From a virus (lineage: Duplodnaviria > Heunggongvirae > Uroviricota > Caudoviricetes), in IMG/VR virus record IMGVR_UViG_3300035520_000350, positions 96,466 through 160,465 of that record: a stretch of DNA of 64,000 nt; one strand, written 5' to 3'. This document shows, one piece after another, positions 19,355 through 30,069 of the stretch. The notes beneath the pieces are model-generated. The model was not told the DNA's origin, did no database searches, and saw only the letters and a list, made by a program, of their open reading frames with translations. Each line of letters starts with the position of its first letter. The first letter of the stretch is position 1. Made by a program: the position numbers and the translations under genes.

Positions 19355-21559
19355 TTACTTCATTACTTTGATAAGATCTTTTATTAAAGCTCCTGTATAC
19401 TTCATAGTATGCTTATCCACCATAACTGTCTTGTTATAGTATTCTGAGTTCTTCATATATTGTTCGAAGTCAAAGTTCTTCTCATAGTTCTGTACGATCT
19501 TCATATACTTCTTAAAGTCATTGATGACTCTAGCTCTAAGATCAATAAGATCTTTATAGTCTTCATCTTCCTTATCCATCTTACTGATCTTCTTCTCTAT
19601 AATGGAATTGATATAGAATAATCTAGCAAGCTGATGCTTAATACCTTCTATATTGTTTTCGCTATATGCTGTAAGAAGTCTATGACTCTCCTGATATTCC
19701 ATTTCTAAGTCTCTAGGTAACTCTATAAAGAGATTACCACTCTTACCAAATCTTACTGGTAAAGGCTTAGCTTCTACAATGATAGCAGTAGGAGTAAGTA
19801 AGTCTCTTATCTCACATAAGATCTCATCTACATCTTTATTTTTTGTCTCTACATAGAATGATTCTAATGTGAAACCTTTAAAGATATCACTTACTGCTTC
19901 ATCTACTGGCTTTACCAATAAACCATCAGGAAATAGTTTACTAGATAAGAGATTTCCTATCTTACGTTTTACTACACCGGGTTTATACTTAGCTACAGAA
20001 CCATCGTATACAGTAAACAACTTAGGATTAGAGTTAGTATGTTCAAAGTCTCCTGGAGCTACTATATTACTAGGCTTACCAGTGAGGTCTAAGTTTACTG
20101 TCTTAAGTACACTGTCTACAAACTGACTACAAATCATACTAAGATTATATGCTGTATCCTCACCTTTATTGATTACTAACTTGAAGATATTCTTAATAGC
20201 ATATGTAGTTTTATCTACATTCTTCTTGTAGTACTCAATAACCTTAGCTAACTTCTCCTTTACCTTAGGTTCTACAAAGAATGTAATGACCTTAAGGTTA
20301 GGATCTTTAGCTTTCTTATAGAAGCTTAAGTTCTCTATAGAGAAACCAGATTTACCAGTAGGATCTTGAAAGTTGAAACTAAAGATATGATCCAGTTTTT
20401 CATCAAGAGATATACCAGCGTGAGACCATCTACTATGAGTCCAACCTCTGATTACTTTACTCACCACTCCACCATGATTGATAAGAGTAATATAGATAGG
20501 CTCTAACTTGATTATTGGATTTATTGCTTCATCTAAACAATCATACTTAGATATATCTATAATCTGTAACTTCTTGTTCTCATTGAACCATTTGATCTGT
20601 CTTTCTCTGGCATATGCTCTACTAGCTTCATTATAACGTACACAAGGGTTCCATCCTAACTCTATGATCTTATTAGTATCTCCTTCTCTTATAGCATTAC
20701 TAATATCTTCATGGAGTTTGGTACTGGATTCACTAATGTATTTATATGGATCTACATCATATCCAAAGCCTCTCATCTCTTCTGGAGTGAACCAGTGTGT
20801 AACCATAGGGACATCACTACTATAATCGCAAAATCCGTTATTTGCCTCTTCTATTTGATCGTAAAGACGTTCGATTACAGCGCTCTCAAAGAGTGTACCA
20901 GTAGGTTTATCCCATTCCTCAAGTAGTCTACGTTTTAATCCCAGAGCATCAGATGATTCTATTTCTTTCTTTATATCAGATACATACTCAGATAAGGTTC
21001 TGTCGGAGTAAGGAATAGAGAAGTTCTTCTCTGCTTCTATATTAGCATACTTATTCTTCATGATCTGATACATATTGTATACATCATATCCCCAGATAGA
21101 GGTAGAGTATTCATTAGAGAATCTCTTAATATCACTCTGAAGATTAGTAAAGTTTTGGTACTTCTTATCTAAATCTTCTTCTGTATAATCTGGTTCATCA
21201 TCTACCATCCAAGGATTGATAATAACTACTCCTTGTTGAGCAGATAACTGAGCTACTTTCTCTGCTTTTCTTAAGTTACTATTAGAATCATCTTCTGATA
21301 ATGCTTGTTTGAGTTTAGTATAAAACTCATCTACATTAAAATTAGCAGATTCATTAGTACTAGTAATCTTATCACTAGCAGAGGTAATGTTTCCCTTTAA
21401 GAGATTGTATAACTCAGTATTAGTTCTACCATACTTAGCAATACAACATTCATCAGATCTCTTTCTCTGATCATATGTCATAGATTGCCAGTTCTTCATA
21501 TCACTATTAAGAGAATCAAGATCATCAAAGGTAACGTTTATCACATTCTCATTATCCAT
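19355..21559 (-). CDS. Putative virion protein with a permuted papain-like (YaeF/YiiX) domain
   Basis: SRWSHAGIS...SMICSQFVDSVL His/Cys order of permuted NlpC/P60; xxES cleavage-like motifs. Confidence 0.6.
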   Translation of the reverse strand: MDNENVINVTFDDLDSLNSDMKNWQSMTYDQRKRSDECCIAKYGRTNTELYNLLKGNITSASDKITSTNESANFNVDEFYTKLKQALSEDDSNSNLRKAEKVAQLSAQQGVVIINPWMVDDEPDYTEEDLDKKYQNFTNLQSDIKRFSNEYSTSIWGYDVYNMYQIMKNKYANIEAEKNFSIPYSDRTLSEYVSDIKKEIESSDALGLKRRLLEEWDKPTGTLFESAVIERLYDQIEEANNGFCDYSSDVPMVTHWFTPEEMRGFGYDVDPYKYISESSTKLHEDISNAIREGDTNKIIELGWNPCVRYNEASRAYARERQIKWFNENKKLQIIDISKYDCLDEAINPIIKLEPIYITLINHGGVVSKVIRGWTHSRWSHAGISLDEKLDHIFSFNFQDPTGKSGFSIENLSFYKKAKDPNLKVITFFVEPKVKEKLAKVIEYYKKNVDKTTYAIKNIFKLVINKGEDTAYNLSMICSQFVDSVLKTVNLDLTGKPSNIVAPGDFEHTNSNPKLFTVYDGSVAKYKPGVVKRKIGNLLSSKLFPDGLLVKPVDEAVSDIFKGFTLESFYVETKNKDVDEILCEIRDLLTPTAIIVEAKPLPVRFGKSGNLFIELPRDLEMEYQESHRLLTAYSENNIEGIKHQLARLFYINSIIEKKISKMDKEDEDYKDLIDLRARVINDFKKYMKIVQNYEKNFDFEQYMKNSEYYNKTVMVDKHTMKYTGALIKDLIKVMK

Positions 21560-21561
21560 TC

Positions 21562-23517
21562 TTACTCACCTCCCTTATCTTCTATCTTTTCAAAGTAGAA
21601 TAACTTTGTGATAGTAAGAATTATAGCTTGTCTTCCATCTCTCTCCTGTAACTCTGCCGCATAATGACCACCATCGAAACTATTATTACGATTTAAAGTA
21701 TTGATGATCTCATCAATTGTTCTCTGATCACAACCGTCTCTTAAGTACCCAAAGACAAATGATGTATTGGATAACTTAATAGGAGCCTTGCAAAAGTTAA
21801 TATTTACAAAAGCAAAACTATCCATTCTACACCATTCACAAATATGACGAGCATAATCATATGCTTTCTGAATATGATCATCTGTAACATCTTCTATTGG
21901 TTGCTCATGATATACCCAGTCTTTAGCAGACTCAGTAAGTACAGATGATTCTGTTGCTATAAGTATATCGTTCTTAGTCTTACAATTAGGACATATTGCA
22001 TATCCCAGATTGCCTTTAGAGAGATTCCAGTCAGGATGTAATCTCTTTACCCTATCATAGTCTGGATCTTTAGGGAATCTTACTTCTACTTCTTTAGAAG
22101 TCCTTCCGCATTCTTCACACTTATAGTTCTGAATAGTGATAGAGTTTTCATGCACTGGTCTAGTCCCGATATAGTTCTCTATAAGTAATGATAAGTACAT
22201 CTGTACATCATTGTTCTGCTCTATAAGAAGATTAGATACTTTAGATTCATCATACTTAGTACCAGTAAGCAGATCGATCTTACTGCCATCTACTGATTCA
22301 GTTATAGCTCTACCATAGTTTCTTGAAGTATACTGCTTAGTAATCTTAGATAGTTCATCTATCATTCTGTACATATCAACAGTACTTTCAGCCATAGGTT
22401 CAAACTTAATCTGATCATTAGTATACAACTTCTTACCAAAGACACTCTCATAGATAAACTTATTATCTATGAAGGTATCAATATGATCCTTAATAGCAGA
22501 CTCAAATCTAGCTTTAACTCCTCTTACTTTATAGAGATCATATACAGTATCCTCTAAAAGACTTCTATTTCCTTTACGGAGTTTACCCTCTCCATCTCTA
22601 TAGAATATAGAGTCAAAAGTAGGACTATCACTTACAGCAAAGTCATCATCTCCAGAGAATACATTATTCTTCTGATAGTTAATGACGTATACGTCATCAC
22701 TATGAGTCATAGGCATCATACTCTGTATACCAGCAAACATATTTTCATTGATATTGATGACTCTTTCTCCTGACTTCTCTACAAGTTGTAACTTAAGATC
22801 ACTCATAGTTGCTAATAACTGACTAAAGTCATTATCGGTTAATCTCAAATAATTGTAATCAGTATGCTTTATAATATGATCTTCCTTAGCAATCTGCTTA
22901 GCTCTATACTCCGGCATGTTTCTGTTATTAGGTCTATCTCCGCCATCCTTAACCTCAATGATAAGATTGTAAGGGATGTAGTAGATATCAGAGATATACC
23001 AATGAGTCTGTCCGTTGAACTCATACTCCATACTAGGACCAGGGCAAGCAATATCTATAGACTTACAGTTCAATACCTTATCCATAAACTCTAATGCCTG
23101 TCTTTCATAGTTGCCAGTATAAGTCTTTATAGTTCCATCAGAGAACTTATATCTACCAGAGATACTTCTATTAGCAAGCATCTTCTCCTGACCTTCTACT
23201 GTCTGAGTAATCCTAGTAACTCCTGTCTTATTCATCATATTGGTTTCAAAGTTCTTTACAAAGCTGTCATGACATGCTTTCTTACCACATTGTCTATCGT
23301 ATCTACCTTTATCTTCGTCCCATCTAGTTGGACCACCACATTCAGTACACTTTCCATTATAGTCCATATTGTTAGGATAGTTTATAGCATTGAATGCTAC
23401 TCTCATAGGTGTAAAACCTTCGGGTATCATATCTTCATGCTTATCTTCAATATGTCTAACAAGATCTTTTCTCTCCTTACTTACTCCGCAGTAAGGGCAT
23501 TTATATCGTTTTGGCAT
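21562..23517 (-). CDS. C2H2 Zn-finger plus TnsA-like PD-(D/E)xK nuclease plus Zn-ribbon protein
   Basis: YKCPYC...HIEDKH; YISDIY...LIIEVKDGG; CEECG...CPNC; ATES/LTES motifs. Confidence 0.55.
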   Translation of the reverse strand: MPKRYKCPYCGVSKERKDLVRHIEDKHEDMIPEGFTPMRVAFNAINYPNNMDYNGKCTECGGPTRWDEDKGRYDRQCGKKACHDSFVKNFETNMMNKTGVTRITQTVEGQEKMLANRSISGRYKFSDGTIKTYTGNYERQALEFMDKVLNCKSIDIACPGPSMEYEFNGQTHWYISDIYYIPYNLIIEVKDGGDRPNNRNMPEYRAKQIAKEDHIIKHTDYNYLRLTDNDFSQLLATMSDLKLQLVEKSGERVININENMFAGIQSMMPMTHSDDVYVINYQKNNVFSGDDDFAVSDSPTFDSIFYRDGEGKLRKGNRSLLEDTVYDLYKVRGVKARFESAIKDHIDTFIDNKFIYESVFGKKLYTNDQIKFEPMAESTVDMYRMIDELSKITKQYTSRNYGRAITESVDGSKIDLLTGTKYDESKVSNLLIEQNNDVQMYLSLLIENYIGTRPVHENSITIQNYKCEECGRTSKEVEVRFPKDPDYDRVKRLHPDWNLSKGNLGYAICPNCKTKNDILIATESSVLTESAKDWVYHEQPIEDVTDDHIQKAYDYARHICEWCRMDSFAFVNINFCKAPIKLSNTSFVFGYLRDGCDQRTIDEIINTLNRNNSFDGGHYAAELQERDGRQAIILTITKLFYFEKIEDKGGE

Positions 23518-23625
23518 GTTGTCACCTCCTAAATTATTAATAAGTTGAGGTACATGGTATTAGGTGAACTTATAATTAATCTGTAAAGTTTTACAAGAAA
23601 AACTAAAGTATAATTTGGAAGGAGT

Positions 23626-24012
23626 ATGATAATAATGGCTGTTAAGCAACGTGAATACTTACTCACTACAAATAAATTTAAGGAACCAGAAGTTAAAGAC
23701 GGACAAGAAGCAGTTGGATTACTTCTTCTAAGACTTATAATAATGGAACCTGGAACTAATCCTTTGCATCCAGATATGGGTATAGGAATATCTGACTATA
23801 GGTATACTATGGACAAGACAGAAGAACTAAGAAAGAGAATTGAAGATCAGATCACTAAGTATCTTCCTTACTTTTCTGATTGTAATGTAGCTCTTATCTA
23901 TTGTCCAGATAAGACAGTAAACGTAGAAATATCAGTAGGTGAAGTAACTTACGTTTATGAGTCTTCTAGTTCTCCTAAGCCTATATTGTTAGAGGATATA
24001 TCAAGTAATTAA
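23626..24012 (+). CDS. Baseplate wedge subunit, T4 gp25-like
   Basis: PGTNPLHPDMGIGI resembles the gp25 PGExxxxPxFG motif; size and context fit. Confidence 0.6.
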   Translation: MIIMAVKQREYLLTTNKFKEPEVKDGQEAVGLLLLRLIIMEPGTNPLHPDMGIGISDYRYTMDKTEELRKRIEDQITKYLPYFSDCNVALIYCPDKTVNVEISVGEVTYVYESSSSPKPILLEDISSN

Positions 24013-24032
24013 TTTAAGGAGGTTTTAAATTT

Positions 24033-26003
24033 ATGGATGGAAATACTGTTAACACTGGCAAACCGGTAAGACGTACAACAGCAAAACCTAAGAAAGAACC
24101 GATGATCCCGGGTATTACATTGGATTCTGATGAAGCATCTGTAGCTATGGCTACGAAAGCTATCGAGAGAAACCAGAGAGTATCTATGATGACCGGAAAG
24201 AAGTCAGAAAGACCGGCTGGATCAAGAGAGGTAGTAAGCATCTCCGATATTGCTCCTGAACCGGAAGATAAGGAAATCCCGGGAGTTACTCTTCTTGAGA
24301 GCCCTCAGAAGGAAATCCTTAAAGAAGGTGGTCCATTTGATCAGTACGTTGCAGAGAAGAAAGCTGAGATGATTGAAAGAATGGCTCAGGAAGAGGCAAA
24401 GAGAGAAGTAGAAGAGGCTGAAGCTGCTGAGGAAGATGAGCAGGAAGAGTACGCTGATGATGAGTACGATCCCAATGAAGAAGGACAGGAAGAGTATGAT
24501 CCGGATGAGGCAGATATCTTAGCTTCTCAGAAAGATGAAGCAGAAGATGCAACTTATCTTAACTTAAAAGCTGTGGTAAGAGATGACGACGATGAGTATG
24601 CTCCTACAGATGATGATGAACCGTCTGATGATTACTCGGATGACGAAGAGTATTCTGATGATGAGGAATACGCTGCTGACGAGGAGGAGAATCAGGCTGA
24701 GGAAGAAGATCATACAAAGCCGTTCTATCAGGCAGCCGCAGAAGCAGGATACAAAGATGATTATCAGTATCCGGAGTCTTATGAGAATCTTCCGATGGAT
24801 GAAGACGAGTCGGCTCCTGAGGAGACCAAAGAAGAGAATACTTCTCTGAAGAGAGAATCTGATCATGAAGTAATCAAAGGTAAGAAGATTAAGTTTGTTA
24901 CCAGTGATGATTCAGAAGATACAGAGAAAGAGATTGAGAAGGATTCTGAACTTCCGACAGATGATGAGAGATTGGAAGAGCTTAGATCTCAGATTACTGA
25001 GAAGCTTAAGCCTGTTTCAAAGAAGTTAAGTCTGCAGGGATGGACTATTGCTAATAAGGCTACTACATCCAACAGAATCTTTGATACAGAGGTAGCATCG
25101 GCAGGTAAGTGGGTTCTTCCGGCTACTGGAATCTGTGTTGAGATGAGAGAGATCTCTGGCCAGAAGCTTGAGTATCTGAGAGAGAACATGAGTCACAATC
25201 CTACAGCGGCAAGAAACAGACTTAGAGTTCTGTATGATCATATCACTACTCCTAAGCCACAGAGCTTTGAAGCTTGGACTAAGAGTATTGCATTTGCAGA
25301 CTATGATCATCTCTTCATGCCGGTATACCTTGCAGCATTTGCAGATTCCAACTACATGCCGCAGACATGTGTTATTGAACAGAACAAGGTAGCACGTAAA
25401 GATACTGGATGTGGTAAGATGTTCTTAAGTGAGAACATTGATATCATGAAGTGTGTAAAGTTCAAGGATGATGAATCTAAGAAGAAGTTCTGGGATCTGT
25501 ATGATTCAGATCGTACTAACTCTGAAGGGTTATATTCATCCGCTGTTATTCCGGTGTCGGATAAGTTCTCCATTTCTTTCTGCGAGCCGTCTCTTTACGG
25601 AGCATTGCTTGAGGCTGGTACTTACGGTGCCGAGTTTAGCAAGAAGTACAACAACGTTATTTCATTCATGCCGTATATTGATAAGATCTACTGGATGGAT
25701 TATAAGAACAAGAAACTGGTGGAAGTATCTTATCAGAAATTTGAGAACAATGCTTCTAAGACTGCTAAGGCTAAGGTCATCAGATATTCTAAGGTATTTG
25801 ATACTCTTACTACAGATGAGTATACAAACGTTGCAAGTATCATCAATGCGATCAATGAGAAGAGTGATTGGTTCACTTACCAGATTCCGGAGATGACATG
25901 TCCGGAATGCGGAAGAACAATTCCGGCTGAAGATATCACCGCGAGCGGTTTGGTTTTTACACGGCATCGGTTGGGGATTTTAGCCAATTCGTCGATAAAT
26001 TAA
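24033..26003 (+). CDS. Baseplate-hub/tail assembly chaperone (T4 gp26-like C-terminus) with a long acidic N-terminal region
   Basis: Follows the gp25-like gene; CxI...CG and terminal CPECG...F motif. Confidence 0.5.
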   Translation: MDGNTVNTGKPVRRTTAKPKKEPMIPGITLDSDEASVAMATKAIERNQRVSMMTGKKSERPAGSREVVSISDIAPEPEDKEIPGVTLLESPQKEILKEGGPFDQYVAEKKAEMIERMAQEEAKREVEEAEAAEEDEQEEYADDEYDPNEEGQEEYDPDEADILASQKDEAEDATYLNLKAVVRDDDDEYAPTDDDEPSDDYSDDEEYSDDEEYAADEEENQAEEEDHTKPFYQAAAEAGYKDDYQYPESYENLPMDEDESAPEETKEENTSLKRESDHEVIKGKKIKFVTSDDSEDTEKEIEKDSELPTDDERLEELRSQITEKLKPVSKKLSLQGWTIANKATTSNRIFDTEVASAGKWVLPATGICVEMREISGQKLEYLRENMSHNPTAARNRLRVLYDHITTPKPQSFEAWTKSIAFADYDHLFMPVYLAAFADSNYMPQTCVIEQNKVARKDTGCGKMFLSENIDIMKCVKFKDDESKKKFWDLYDSDRTNSEGLYSSAVIPVSDKFSISFCEPSLYGALLEAGTYGAEFSKKYNNVISFMPYIDKIYWMDYKNKKLVEVSYQKFENNASKTAKAKVIRYSKVFDTLTTDEYTNVASIINAINEKSDWFTYQIPEMTCPECGRTIPAEDITASGLVFTRHRLGILANSSIN

Positions 26004-26047
26004 CCAGTGTACTTTCAGTACTAAAAGGTAGAGCAACTATTGGTGAA

Positions 26048-26257
26048 TTGATGACATTACCCAACAGAATCTTCCATACTTTGTATCATGACTATTACCT
26101 TTATGAAGAAGCTAAAAGGAAACATGAAGAAGCGGAAAAGAATAAAGGTAGTTCAAATAGCAGCAATAAGAAGGTAAGAAACCCTTTGAATGATATGGCT
26201 GGCATAAGTATGGAAGATATTGAAGATGAGTTAGAAGATACGATTGCGGAAGGATGA
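26048..26257 (+). CDS. Putative chaperone T-segment, probably reached by a -1 frameshift from the upstream gene
   Basis: The -1 frame is open from 25931; no clear RBS; G GTT TTT at 25952-25958. Confidence 0.45.
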   Translation: MMTLPNRIFHTLYHDYYLYEEAKRKHEEAEKNKGSSNSSNKKVRNPLNDMAGISMEDIEDELEDTIAEG

Positions 26258-26263
26258 TATACG

Positions 26264-26587
26264 GTGGATAATAAAGACAGAGTAGAATATGCACACTCTA
26301 TCAATATTGTTGGACCTATGGATTACAACTCAGCATTTATTAACTATTTTGATCAACTAATGGGAGTATATGGCTATATCCAGCCATGTAATTACCAGAT
26401 TGATATAGTGAGTTCTGAGAACAATGTACTTGTCTTAAACATCAAGTTTATTGACGATGGGTCAACAATAGAGATATTCAATATATTGAACTCCTCCGAT
26501 AGAGTTATGCAGATATATGGTAGAGTCTTTAGATTTAACGTCTATCATATATCACATGATACATTACAATTACAAATAGCAGAATAA
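26264..26587 (+). CDS. Hypothetical protein
   Basis: 107-aa ORF in the tail/baseplate operon. Confidence 0.65.
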   Translation: MDNKDRVEYAHSINIVGPMDYNSAFINYFDQLMGVYGYIQPCNYQIDIVSSENNVLVLNIKFIDDGSTIEIFNILNSSDRVMQIYGRVFRFNVYHISHDTLQLQIAE

Positions 26588-26664
26588 AGAGTGTATAGTG
26601 GAGCTAGATGTAACTAGCTCCACTTTTTACATCCTAGTAATTCAAGAAAGGAGGAGATATATCA

Positions 26665-28897
26665 ATGCTTGGATATGAAAGTGTTATAGCAGAGATAGAT
26701 AGACTAGTATCTCTAAATGGAGTAACTGAGCTACTTGAAATGACAAACGATATCTTAGAAGATGCTGTACTGACTGAAGTTGAGTATAATAAAGTAGTAG
26801 AGCATCTTAAGTTAGAGATATTAGACATTGACAAGTTTGTCGTAAAGAACGATTGTAAGCAAGTTACTAATCCAGTATTCTATATCAGGAACAATATTCC
26901 TACAGATGATGGTTTACTATCTAATGCTATCTTCGGAATTACAAGAGATGATAGAGCAGGGATCTATGCTTATATTGACTTAGGAGGATGGTTTATAGAT
27001 CCTTCTTGTTATAAGACTTGGATTAGAATGGACTCTCACATCAAAGATGTAATACATGGATTGGATACTTATATTGTTAATGAAGACGGAGAGATAGTTC
27101 CTGATCCAAAAGGATCTAATGGTATTGACTTTATCAAGAAGAATATCAATAAGATTAAGTTTAGATCTACAGAGTCTATTAAGAGAGATATTAAGATTCA
27201 GTACCTAGAGAAGAACAAAAATAGTATGTTTATCAATAAGTACTTAGTAGTACCACCTTTCTATAGAGATACCAATACCGGAAGGAATGGTTCTGTAGGA
27301 GTAGGTGGTGTAAACGTATTATACCGTAACTTAATCTTAGCAGTACAAGCTTTAAACTCTACACAAGATTATGGTTTCGATAATACTGGAACTCTAAGAG
27401 CTAGAGTTCAGGAAATCTTATTATCTATTTATGACTGGTTCTGCGGTAATACTAATGCTTCTATGTCAGTAGATCCTGGAGTTGGTATTGCTGGTAAGAA
27501 GGGTGTACTCAGAATGGCTAATATGAGTAAAACCACTAACTATTCTTCTAGAATGGTTATTGCTGCACCTGAACTTAAAGCAGAAACAGTAGACGATATG
27601 ATGGTTACACAAGATCGTACAGCTTTACCATTAGCTGCTTGTCTAGCTAACTATAGAAACTATATCATCTTTAATGCTAAGAGATTCTTTGAGAATGAGT
27701 TTATTGGTAATGACCAGTATCTTATCGTAAGAAAGAATGGTAAGAGAGAGTACGTAGCTATGAAAGATCCTTTAATAGAATTCTCTGATGAGAAGATTAA
27801 AAGAGAAATGGATAGATTCTTGCATGGCTATAACAATAGATTTGTTCCAATAGAAGTACCACTGGAAGATGGTTCTACTGTATATATGGCATTCAAGGGT
27901 AAGTTTAACAAACCCGGAGATGGTCAAGAGTCTATATGTAATAGAAGACTTACTTGGTGTGATGTATTCTACATATCAGCAGTAGAAGCAGTTCATGATA
28001 AGAATATTCTCATCACAAGATATCCAATACAGATTGAAATCTTAAGACCTGTTGCATAACCTAAACCGAAAGGCATGGTATGAAAACCCATCTAATGCTG
28101 GAAGAAGATAATGCTCTCTAGCCTTTATCATAAAGGAAACGAAAGTTAGAAATAAGTAGAGAAGATTTCTATATGCTGAAAAGCTAAGTAGAAAATATAA
28201 TTCTTCAATCAGCAGCGAAGTTAAACTGCTATATTAGTTTAATGCGCTCACAGATCATCGAAAGCTAGAAACTCTTCATTATCAGAAATGGTTAAACGTG
28301 AAACTCGGGAAGAGTTGAAAATAAGGTATAGAGATATACACGAAGCGAGTAGAGTAAAGCCTTAGTATATTATTATTATTAAGGTACGGCATCCTGATAT
28401 CAAGTAAGTCCGTTTAAATTGAAATGGTGGGGCTGATATAATATGGTAATAGTATTATATTCTAGCGTGATATGATCGGCATAAGTAAAGATATGTGAGA
28501 TAGATATTTCAATCAGATAACAACTAAGGTAGTTGTTTCTTCTACTAAAGAAACAGAACCTATGTATATAGAAGGTACGTATTACCCATACTACCCTAAG
28601 ATAAGAGATGAAGATATTGGTAGTAATACCGGTAATAAGTTCGTAGATACACTTAAAATGTCTAACCTGTACTTAGCGGGTATGGGGGGGGATTACGATG
28701 GCGACACCGTTACTGCTAAGTCTCCTTATACTATTGAAGCTAATCAGGAGTTAGATGAGTTTATGAACTCTAAGGCTAACTTTATTGACTTAGGTGGTAA
28801 TAATATTAAGCTTGTCAAGGCTGATACTGTACAGGCTTTATATTCACTTACTAAGGTTATAGATAAGTCTCAACTTAGTGATCCTATATTTGAGTAA
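26665..28897 (+). CDS. Multisubunit RNA polymerase beta' N-terminal subunit, spliced (exons 26665-28028 and 28498-28897; 587 aa)
   Basis: GLLSNAIFG; the junction gives ITRYP-I-DRYFNQ; catalytic GGDYDGD in exon 2; the joined frame is continuous. Confidence 0.85.
28029..28497 (+). mobile_element. Group I intron 1 (ORF-less, with P7-P3 insertion) in RNAP beta'
   Basis: 5' exon ends in U and the intron ends in G. IGS GTTGCATA pairs with exon TATCCAAT (U-G). P AATGCTGGAA, Q AATCAGCAGC, P7 GATCA/TGATC. Confidence 0.85.
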
Positions 28898-29035
28898 CTA
28901 CTATGAGAGGTGTACTTAGTTACACCTCTCTATTAATCTCTCTTATCATAAACTATACTAGTGATGTAAAAATCTAAATTTACATCATAGGAAACACTAT
29001 ATTAACCCAAATACATAAGACGAGGAGGTAAGTTA

Positions 29036-29227
29036 GTGACTCATGTTAAGAAGATATTTCAAAGAGCGTAATATACTAAGAAGAGGTACTTAGTTATTAC
29101 ACTCTTATGCAAAACAAGAAAACCGTTAACCGGAATAAGACTTAGAATAGAATGGGGTGATAAATCTGATCCATTTGCATACAGTGCTTATCATAGAACA
29201 GGCTCTATTACTATTCCACATCGTTAA
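29036..29227 (+). pseudogene. 63-codon ORF with an internal TAA at 29069
   Basis: AACA-N6-TA promoter, GAGGAGG RBS and GTG start; the frame stays open for 51 codons after the stop. Confidence 0.4.
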
Positions 29228-29268
29228 TCACAACACAATAAAATATAACTCGAAGGAGGAATGAAAAT

Positions 29269-30066
29269 ATGGCACTTGGTGACCAGAGTAATTACACAGA
29301 AAGATCAAAGGTGTTTGATCCTAACTGCTATAGCAGAATGAGGATCAAGAATAGACAGGGGTACAGAGTAGACTTCAGTTATGGAAGTGGGCTCCTGAGA
29401 ATCACGGTCTCTAAAGAGACTCAGAACTACAGATATGATGAAGTAGGAAGAATCAATCTTAGTGCTACAAAGGCTAAGATGCTTATTGTTCTTCTGGAAG
29501 ACTTCATCAATAAGATGAAGAATGGAGAACCGATCGATCCTAAGGCTGCTGTTGGAGTAAACAGTGGAATGGGGGATACAGTAAACTTTATCGGTTTTAA
29601 AGTAACCGGAAACAAACCGGAGATCCCGGAGCATTCATTTATCATCGGAAAAGTAACGCAGACCGGCGTTGTAGAGAGTACCAGTGAATTTGTCTTTGAG
29701 ACAGATTATGATTACGCTTTACAGTGGAGCAACATTGAGAGCATGGATGTAGAAAGACAGTATTTCCAGTTCCAGGGAATTACAAACATTCTTGACGTTC
29801 TTAAAGAGTTTGCAGCTTCTTCCGGCGGTGCTATCGGTGCTTCTGTATGGGATACTGGACGGTATGAGATGAACCGGTTATCCAAGAAGATTGATCCGAT
29901 TCTTGACAAGCTTGGTATTGAGAGAAGAAAGGAGAGTGATAACTTCTTTACAAGACAGGGAGTTGCTATGAACCCTCCGCTTCCACCAAAGTCATCTACC
30001 AAGTCATTCAATGACATTGAAGGAATGGTTGGCGGTGATGATCCATCTTATGGTCTTGAGGATTAA
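29269..30066 (+). CDS. Putative single-stranded DNA-binding protein
   Basis: Beta-rich core, Pro-rich linker and acidic tail (DDPSYGLED); function inferred. Confidence 0.35.
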   Translation: MALGDQSNYTERSKVFDPNCYSRMRIKNRQGYRVDFSYGSGLLRITVSKETQNYRYDEVGRINLSATKAKMLIVLLEDFINKMKNGEPIDPKAAVGVNSGMGDTVNFIGFKVTGNKPEIPEHSFIIGKVTQTGVVESTSEFVFETDYDYALQWSNIESMDVERQYFQFQGITNILDVLKEFAASSGGAIGASVWDTGRYEMNRLSKKIDPILDKLGIERRKESDNFFTRQGVAMNPPLPPKSSTKSFNDIEGMVGGDDPSYGLED

Positions 30067-30069
30067 AGA

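Noticed and set aside
24400-24720. GATGA-type repeats in acidic regions (also 44380-44660)
   Set aside because: Low-complexity Asp/Glu/Asn coding, not a DNA repeat element.
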